A stretch of DNA of 64,000 nucleotides from positions 96,001 to 160,000 of the forward strand of contig JBDTZG010000003.1 in the NCBI GenBank assembly GCA_040005235.1, read 5' to 3'. Source of the DNA: Acidobacteriota bacterium. GTDB lineage: Bacteria > Acidobacteriota > Thermoanaerobaculia > Multivoradales > UBA5704. The translations under genes were made by a program, and so were the position numbers. Under the pieces are notes generated by a model that was not told the DNA's origin, searched no databases, and saw only the letters and a program-made list of their open reading frames with translations. Below, piece after piece: positions 58,061 to 64,000 of the stretch (positions are counted from its first letter, which is position 1; each line of letters begins with the position of its first letter).

Positions 58061-58846
58061 CTACCGGCGCGAGCCGGTGGCGGCGACCACGACCGCCAAA
58101 GAACGCGTCAGAGCTTCGCCCGACAGGTGCGGCAGATCGAGCCCGAGCTTCCGGCGGAAGTGCTGGCCCGCCTGCTCGAACAGGTCGTAGCGGGCGCGCG
58201 GATCGAGCTTGTCGGCGCGGCGCACCAAGGCGACCAACAGCTCGCGCTCGTCGAGGCTCAGGCGATGGCGGGCGAGCCGGGCAAGGTCTGGATCGATCGG
58301 CGCCTGCCCCTCGCGCCGAAGGGTCTCCGGCAGGTCGGCAGCGGCCAGCCTTCGCCGCGAGCCCCCCTCGTCGCGGACCACCAGCGTATCGGCGAGAAGA
58401 TCCCCCAGGCGGCGGCCATCGCGATCGAGCAGCGACACCAGGCCGCCCAGGCCATAGAGCACGGGGGCGAAATCAAGCACCCGCCCGACGTTCCGGACGA
58501 ACGACTGCTCCAAAGACAGCGGCAGGCCGCGAGCGTCGACGACCCGCAGGCCCAGCATCGCCTTGCCCGGCGTCCGCCCCTCGCGGCGAACCTCGAAACC
58601 GACGTGATAGACCCAGGTGAGAACGAACGAAAGCGTCGCGATCGCGAGCGTCCCGAGGCTTTTGGGCAACAGCTTGGAGAGCGCCGACGAGGCCAGAGCG
58701 GTGAGCGCCAAGATCAGCGCGACATCGACCAGCAAGGCGAGAAATCGGCTTCCCGGGCCGGCCGGCTCCAGCCGGACCCGCACGTGCTCGGGAGTCCGGA
58801 TCTGGCGCCGGGCGCGCCAAGTCCCGGCGAGGCCGACCGCACTCAT
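58061..58846 (-). CDS. RDD-family membrane protein
   Basis: TPE.V, AG.GSRFLALLVD, GRTPGK..LGLRVV, RN, RLGDLLADT.VV. Confidence 0.9.
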   Translation of the reverse strand: MSAVGLAGTWRARRQIRTPEHVRVRLEPAGPGSRFLALLVDVALILALTALASSALSKLLPKSLGTLAIATLSFVLTWVYHVGFEVRREGRTPGKAMLGLRVVDARGLPLSLEQSFVRNVGRVLDFAPVLYGLGGLVSLLDRDGRRLGDLLADTLVVRDEGGSRRRLAAADLPETLRREGQAPIDPDLARLARHRLSLDERELLVALVRRADKLDPRARYDLFEQAGQHFRRKLGLDLPHLSGEALTRSLAVVVAATGSRR

Positions 58847-59871
58847 GCCGCCTCTCCCTCGCTTGGGCCGCCGTCAGGCACCGCGCGGCGGCCGAACAGA
58901 AACAGCGAGAGCGCCACGAACAACACGATCGCGACCGCGATCTTCAGCGGATAGGGGACGGTCTTCGCCGATAGCTGGGAAAACGATCCCTCGATCATTC
59001 CGGCGAGCACCAGGGCCGCCGAGGTGCCGATCAGCATCCGCCAGACGGTCGGAAACGCCTCGCGCAAAGCAGCGCCGCGCGTGACCTCCCCCGGAAACCA
59101 GAACGCGCGCCCCAGCACCAGCCCGGCCGCGCCGGCAAAGACGATCGACGGCAATTCGAGCGCGCCGTGCGGTCCCACCCAGGCGACAAAGAAGACGCCG
59201 ACGCCGTCGAGCACGTAAGACGCCGCGACCGCGCCCAGGATCACGCCGTTCCAAAACAGCAGCCAGATCCCGCCGACGACGGTCGCCGCGGCCAGACCGA
59301 ACGCCAGAAACGAAACCCGAATGTTGTGGGTATAGAGCTGCGAGCCGAAATCCGCCGCCTCCTGGACGGTTGAAATCCGCTCTTCCTTCTTCTCGATCTC
59401 GGCCACCCGCTCGCGCGGGCTCGACGTGAAGAACTCCCCCGGCACGAGATCCTCGGCAAACGAGGGGCGCACCGCGACCGCGCCGAAACCGAGCAGCGCG
59501 CCGGCCCCGAAAGCGATCGAGGCGACCACCACCGCCCGCCGCGCGGTGCGGAACCCGGCGGGGATCTCGCGTGAAAAGAAGCGCACCAGGCGCCGCGCGC
59601 CCCCAAACGACTCCACCCGCCGCGCGCCGTAGACGAAGCGGTAGCCGCGTCCGACCAGGGCGTTCAGCGGGTCGATCAGCTCCGGGTCGGCGGTCGAGGC
59701 GACCAACCGGTTCAGATCCGCCGCGGCGAGCCGGTAGAGCCGGACGATGTCGCGCATCCGCTCCGGCCCCAGCTCCCAGGCAGGCGCCTTGGCCGCCACG
59801 TCGAGCAACTCGTCGAGCCGCCGCCAACGGTCGCGCCCGTCGGCGAGAAGACGTTCCAGGGGTAAGGCCAT
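58843..59871 (-). CDS. SpoIIM/DUF95 membrane protein
   Basis: LYR..AADL, HNIRVSF, NG, PHGALEL, AGMIEG. Confidence 0.9.
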   Translation of the reverse strand: MALPLERLLADGRDRWRRLDELLDVAAKAPAWELGPERMRDIVRLYRLAAADLNRLVASTADPELIDPLNALVGRGYRFVYGARRVESFGGARRLVRFFSREIPAGFRTARRAVVVASIAFGAGALLGFGAVAVRPSFAEDLVPGEFFTSSPRERVAEIEKKEERISTVQEAADFGSQLYTHNIRVSFLAFGLAAATVVGGIWLLFWNGVILGAVAASYVLDGVGVFFVAWVGPHGALELPSIVFAGAAGLVLGRAFWFPGEVTRGAALREAFPTVWRMLIGTSAALVLAGMIEGSFSQLSAKTVPYPLKIAVAIVLFVALSLFLFGRRAVPDGGPSEGEAA

Positions 59872-59928
59872 GGGAGGAGTCTATCGCGCCGCCGTGCAGG
59901 TCCTTAAACGGGCGGCCCAATGCCCCAT

Positions 59929-60049
59929 CCCAGGCCTTCAGCCTGGGCTAACGAATACGCGGCCCTTCAGGCCGCAACACGGACATTGCGGTTGATGCAA
60001 CGTGCGGCCTGAAGGGCCGCGTCACGTTAGCCCAGGTCAACGGCCTGGG
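59929..60049. repeat. inverted REP doublet (REPIN-like)
   Basis: About 48-bp arms, 59929-59976 and 60003-60049, each with an internal CCCAGG..CCTGGG hairpin and GGCCCTTCAGGCC. Confidence 0.85.
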
Positions 60050-60728
60050 TCTGGGAGGGCTCCGCGTCGGGCGAAAACAACGACAACAACGGCAATCCCG
60101 CCCGGCGGCGCACCGCCTGGCGGCGCAGGCGTTCGCGCGCGTTTTCAATCTCGGCAGCCGGCAGGCGTCCGGCGAGCTTTTTCAGGCTTTTTTCGACCTC
60201 GGCCGCAACCGCCGCGAGGTCTTCGGGGGCAAAAGCGCGGTCGGTTCGGTCCAACATCTCGGCGTCGAGCGCGGCGAGGTGCCGCTCGACCGTTTCGGCG
60301 TAGGCGGCCGGAGAGGATAGGGCGCGCACCCGCGCCGCGATCTCTCCGGCCGCCGCCGCACCCGTCCGGTCCAGAGCAGCCCCGAGCGCCGCGAGCCGCG
60401 CCGGCAGGTCGAGCGCAGGGGCCGGCATCGTCTCGCCGATCGCCGCGAGGTCGCGAATCTCTTGCCAAGCCGCCTCCACCGCGGGGGCGAAGTAGCGGAG
60501 CGAGGAGACCCTGCCTTTGGCTCCCCGCTCTTGGCGCCTCCCCAGAACCTCAGCGAACACCCGGTCGATCAAGTCGAACGGCACCTCCGCCTCGAACCAC
60601 CCCTGCGCCACTTTCCAGTCGGCGGGCGACAAGAGCAGCGGCACCGCCCGATGGCGGGCGAAGATCTCCTCGATCGCGCGGAAGTACGCCTGATCGGGAG
60701 ATTCGGGGAACGGCTCTTCGACGCCCAA
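60027..60728 (-). CDS. conserved hypothetical helical protein
   Basis: YFRAIEE.F...R..PLLLSPADW..A..W; LP.LSLF near the end. Confidence 0.7.
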   Translation of the reverse strand: MGVEEPFPESPDQAYFRAIEEIFARHRAVPLLLSPADWKVAQGWFEAEVPFDLIDRVFAEVLGRRQERGAKGRVSSLRYFAPAVEAAWQEIRDLAAIGETMPAPALDLPARLAALGAALDRTGAAAAGEIAARVRALSSPAAYAETVERHLAALDAEMLDRTDRAFAPEDLAAVAAEVEKSLKKLAGRLPAAEIENARERLRRQAVRRRAGLPLLSLFSPDAEPSQTQAVDLG

Positions 60729-60740
60729 GGGACCGTCATG

Positions 60741-63700
60741 TTACGGCACCAGCTCGATCTTCGCCTCCCGGACCTGCTGCCGATATTTCGCCACCGCGTC
60801 GGCGAAGAACGCGTCGACCTCGGCTGAAAACCTGCCGTACGACGCATCGGCCGCGTCCAGATACGCGAGATGCGTGGGACTCGGCGGAGCCCACGACGAG
60901 GTGATGTAGGCCTGGGCGAATCCCAGTTCGGTGAACACGTCGCCGAAACGGACGATGCCCACGGTCTCCGGGCTCTGCCAGGCCTTCTTCTCCAGCTTGG
61001 CGAGGCCTTTCTTCACCTCTTCGCCCTGTTTGATCAGCGGCAGCTCGGCGGCCACCACCTCGTGCTTGCGGATCGCCTCGGCGCTCGCCGCGGTCACCCG
61101 CTCGACCACCGCGTCGATGTCCTTCCGGGTGTTGCGGATCTTCTCGATCGCCACCACCACCTGGTCTTGGAGCTTGCCCGAGCGCTCGATCGCCGCTTCG
61201 CGCGCGGCCCAATCGCCCGCGGTGTTCTGGGTGCGCGGATCGGCCAGCACCTTGACGCTCCCTTCGGCCTTCTCGCCGCGGAACTCAACCGTCACCGCGT
61301 AGGTTCCGGGCGGCAGCTCCGGACCGGTCGCATCGTGCGACCCCGTATCCTCTTCATCCGTCGGGGGCTGGCGGAACGCGTCGCGATCGAGGTTCCAGAC
61401 GATTCGATTCAACCCGCGAACCGCCTTTTGGCGCAACGTCCGCACCACTTTGCCGGAGGCGTCCCGAATCGAGATCTTGATCTTCCCCGCCTCGTCCTTC
61501 TTCGCTTTGTCGTTCTCTTTCTCTTGCCCGCCGGTCGCGACCTCGGGCACCTGGGTCTCCGCGGGCATCTTGGCGCTCTTCGCCGCTTTGAGGTCCTCCG
61601 CGCCCTTGGCCGCCGGCTTTTCATTCTCCGACTCGGCCGCCTTGGCTTCCGCCTTTCGCGCCCGCTCCAACTTCTCGTCGTGCCACGGCAGGTCGTCGCC
61701 GGAAACCGAGACCGCGATCAACGCACCGTACGGCCGGTTGTCCCCCAGGTACTCGCCGTGGCCCAGCCCATACCCTCCGCCTGAGGGGTTGGCCCGCCAG
61801 TGCTGGCGGACGTCGCCGATCTCAAACAGATGAAGCTTCTGGGAAAGCGCCTCCGCTTTGAGGTTGCGCAGCGGCCGGATGTCGTCGATCACGTAGAGCG
61901 ACCGTCCGTGGGTTGCGATCACCAGGTCGCCGTCGCGCGGCTGGACCACCAGATCGTAGACGCCGACGGTCGGCACCCCCTGGCGCCAGGGGCTCCAGGC
62001 CTTGCCGGCATCGAACGAGACCCACAGGCCGAACTCGGTGCCTAGGAAGAGAAGGTTCGGATCGACCGGGTCCTGCTCGATCGCCTGCGAATATCCGCGC
62101 AGCTCCGAGGTGCTGAGGCTCTTCCAGCTCTTGCCGTAGTCGTCGGTGCGGAACACATAGGTCGCGAAGTTCGACCGTCGATGGTCGTCGAACACCACGA
62201 ACGCCGTGCCGCCCGCCCGGCGCGACGCCCGGATGTGCGGAATCCAGGTGTTCGCCGGCACGCCGGGGACGTTCTTTTCCACACTCGTCCAGCTCTTGCC
62301 GCCGTCGCGCGTGACGTGGAGCCGGCCATCGTCCGTGCCGACCCAGATCGTCCCCAGTTCCACCGGCGAAGGCGCGACCGCGAGGATCGTCGTATAGTTC
62401 TCGGCGCCGGTGACGTCAGGGGTCAAGCCGCCGCTCTCGGCCTGCTTTTGCCATTCCGGTTGGTTGGAGGTGAGATCGGGGCTGATGATCTCCCAGGTCT
62501 CCCCCCGGTCTTTGGAGCGGTGGAGGAACTGGCTGCCGAGGTAGATCGTCTGGGGCTCGAACGGATCGATCGCGAAGCCGGCGTTCCAGTTGAAGCGGAG
62601 CTCGGTCCGCTCGGTTTTTCCTGCCACCACCAGCGGCGCGGGCGGTTTGATCTCGCGCGACTCGCCGGTCCGTAGGTTCCAGCGCGACAGGTTTCCCCCC
62701 TGCCACATCGCGTACCCCTGCATCGAATCGTTCGGATCGGGCACGGTGTCGAATCCGTCGCCGCCGCCCACCCCGTCCCACTGGAAGCTGCGCAGGCCGC
62801 CGTTCTGCCACGCGGAGGAAAGACCGCGCCACGAGCCGTTGTCTTGCAGGCCGCCGTAGACGTGGTACGGAACGTCGTTGTCGACCGCCACGTGGTAGAA
62901 CTGGGCGAGCGGCAGGGTGGTCACGAACGCGGCCGATTTGCCGCCATCGTGGGAGACCGCGACGCCCCCATCGTCGCCGACGTAGATCCGTCGGGGATCC
63001 GCGGGATCGATCCACATCGCGTGGTAGTCGCCGTGGATCTCCGAGGCGAACGGCGCGCCATCGAAGGTCTTGCCGTTGTCTTCGGACAGCCGGACGTCGA
63101 AATCGAGAGCGAACAGGCGGTTCGACGCCCGCGGATCGACCCGGATCTCACAGAAGTAGAACGGCCGCGGGTTCACGTTCGGCTTGTCGTTCGCCGTCTT
63201 CCACGACTTCCCGCCGTCTTCCGAGCGGAGCAGCGCGCTCTTCTTCGCCTCGACCAACGCGTAGACGACGTCAGGGTTCGAGCGCGAGAACGCGAGTCCG
63301 ATCCGACCGATCTCGCCGCCGGGCAGTCCATCGTCCTCGGTCGCTTTCTCCCACGTTTCGCCGCCGTCGAACGAGCTCCACAGTCCGGAGCCGGGGCCGC
63401 CCGATCTGAACGAATACGGCCAGCGCCGGTATTGCCAGGTGGTGGCGAGCAGGTGGTTAGGATGGCCGGGGTCGATCGCGATGTCGGAGGCGCCGGTCTT
63501 CTCGTCGACGTAGAGGACCTTGCGCCAGCTCTTGCCGCCGTCGGTGGTCTTGTAGACGCCGCGCTCGGCGTTTTCGCCCCACGCGTGCCCAAGCGCCGCC
63601 ACCCAGGCGACGTCGGGGTTTTTCGGATCGAGCGCGATGTGGCGAATCCGCTCCGTCCCGTCGAGGCCCAGGTGAGTCCAGGTCTTCCCTCCGTTGAGCG

Positions 63701-64000
63701 AACGGTAGACCCCGTTGCCAACGGACGCCGAGTTGCGCACGTTCCCCTCGCCGGTGCCGACCCAGACGATCTCCGGATTCGCCTGGAAGATCGCGATCGC
63801 TCCGATCGCCGCCACCGGCTGGTCGTCGAAGATCGGATCGAACGAGAGGCCGCCGTTGGTCGATTTCCACACTCCGCCGGTCGCCGCCCCGACGTAGACG
63901 ACGTCCGGATTCGCCTCCACCGCATCGATCGCCGCCACCCGGCCGCTCATCCCCGCCGGCCCGATCGACCGGGCCTTGAGCCCCGAAAGCAGGTTCGTAT
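60741..64000 (-). CDS. VPS10/BNR-repeat glycosyl-hydrolase-like protein (5' partial)
   Basis: IGPAGMSGRV, many S.DGG.TW Asp-box repeats, YGGLQDNG, GGGDG. Confidence 0.9.
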   Translation of the reverse strand, partial: TNLLSGLKARSIGPAGMSGRVAAIDAVEANPDVVYVGAATGGVWKSTNGGLSFDPIFDDQPVAAIGAIAIFQANPEIVWVGTGEGNVRNSASVGNGVYRSLNGGKTWTHLGLDGTERIRHIALDPKNPDVAWVAALGHAWGENAERGVYKTTDGGKSWRKVLYVDEKTGASDIAIDPGHPNHLLATTWQYRRWPYSFRSGGPGSGLWSSFDGGETWEKATEDDGLPGGEIGRIGLAFSRSNPDVVYALVEAKKSALLRSEDGGKSWKTANDKPNVNPRPFYFCEIRVDPRASNRLFALDFDVRLSEDNGKTFDGAPFASEIHGDYHAMWIDPADPRRIYVGDDGGVAVSHDGGKSAAFVTTLPLAQFYHVAVDNDVPYHVYGGLQDNGSWRGLSSAWQNGGLRSFQWDGVGGGDGFDTVPDPNDSMQGYAMWQGGNLSRWNLRTGESREIKPPAPLVVAGKTERTELRFNWNAGFAIDPFEPQTIYLGSQFLHRSKDRGETWEIISPDLTSNQPEWQKQAESGGLTPDVTGAENYTTILAVAPSPVELGTIWVGTDDGRLHVTRDGGKSWTSVEKNVPGVPANTWIPHIRASRRAGGTAFVVFDDHRRSNFATYVFRTDDYGKSWKSLSTSELRGYSQAIEQDPVDPNLLFLGTEFGLWVSFDAGKAWSPWRQGVPTVGVYDLVVQPRDGDLVIATHGRSLYVIDDIRPLRNLKAEALSQKLHLFEIGDVRQHWRANPSGGGYGLGHGEYLGDNRPYGALIAVSVSGDDLPWHDEKLERARKAEAKAAESENEKPAAKGAEDLKAAKSAKMPAETQVPEVATGGQEKENDKAKKDEAGKIKISIRDASGKVVRTLRQKAVRGLNRIVWNLDRDAFRQPPTDEEDTGSHDATGPELPPGTYAVTVEFRGEKAEGSVKVLADPRTQNTAGDWAAREAAIERSGKLQDQVVVAIEKIRNTRKDIDAVVERVTAASAEAIRKHEVVAAELPLIKQGEEVKKGLAKLEKKAWQSPETVGIVRFGDVFTELGFAQAYITSSWAPPSPTHLAYLDAADASYGRFSAEVDAFFADAVAKYRQQVREAKIELVP

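Overview
High-GC bacterial window. Gene content (ADOP-type permease, BlaI/M56, FecR-DUF6600, VPS10 hydrolase, XRE-TPR paralogs) suggests Acidobacteriota, possibly Thermoanaerobaculia; this is inference. I call about 55 CDS, including deaD, dnaE2, xth, cysS, def, suhB, yraN, brxA/B, two toxin-antitoxin pairs and several secreted proteins. I recognise no rRNA, tRNA, CRISPR array or transposase. Three loci stand out. (1) Two paralogous XRE-HTH+TPR regulators flank a secreted 100-aa propeptide with three 19-aa-periodic xxGxxxDPNG cores, a candidate RRNPP-like peptide signalling system (47.5-51 kb). (2) A metallo-beta-lactamase-fold protein is fused to a gingipain/caspase-fold protease and followed by a small partner gene (32.9-35.9 kb). 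(3) A graspetide-type ATP-grasp ligase is followed by a double-glycine-leader precursor (1.85-3.4 kb). There are also two 21-bp-period arrays between convergent genes, REP-like palindromes (one inserted in frame in a gene) and a clear BlaI operator/promoter. All family assignments come from motif recognition by eye, not database searches.
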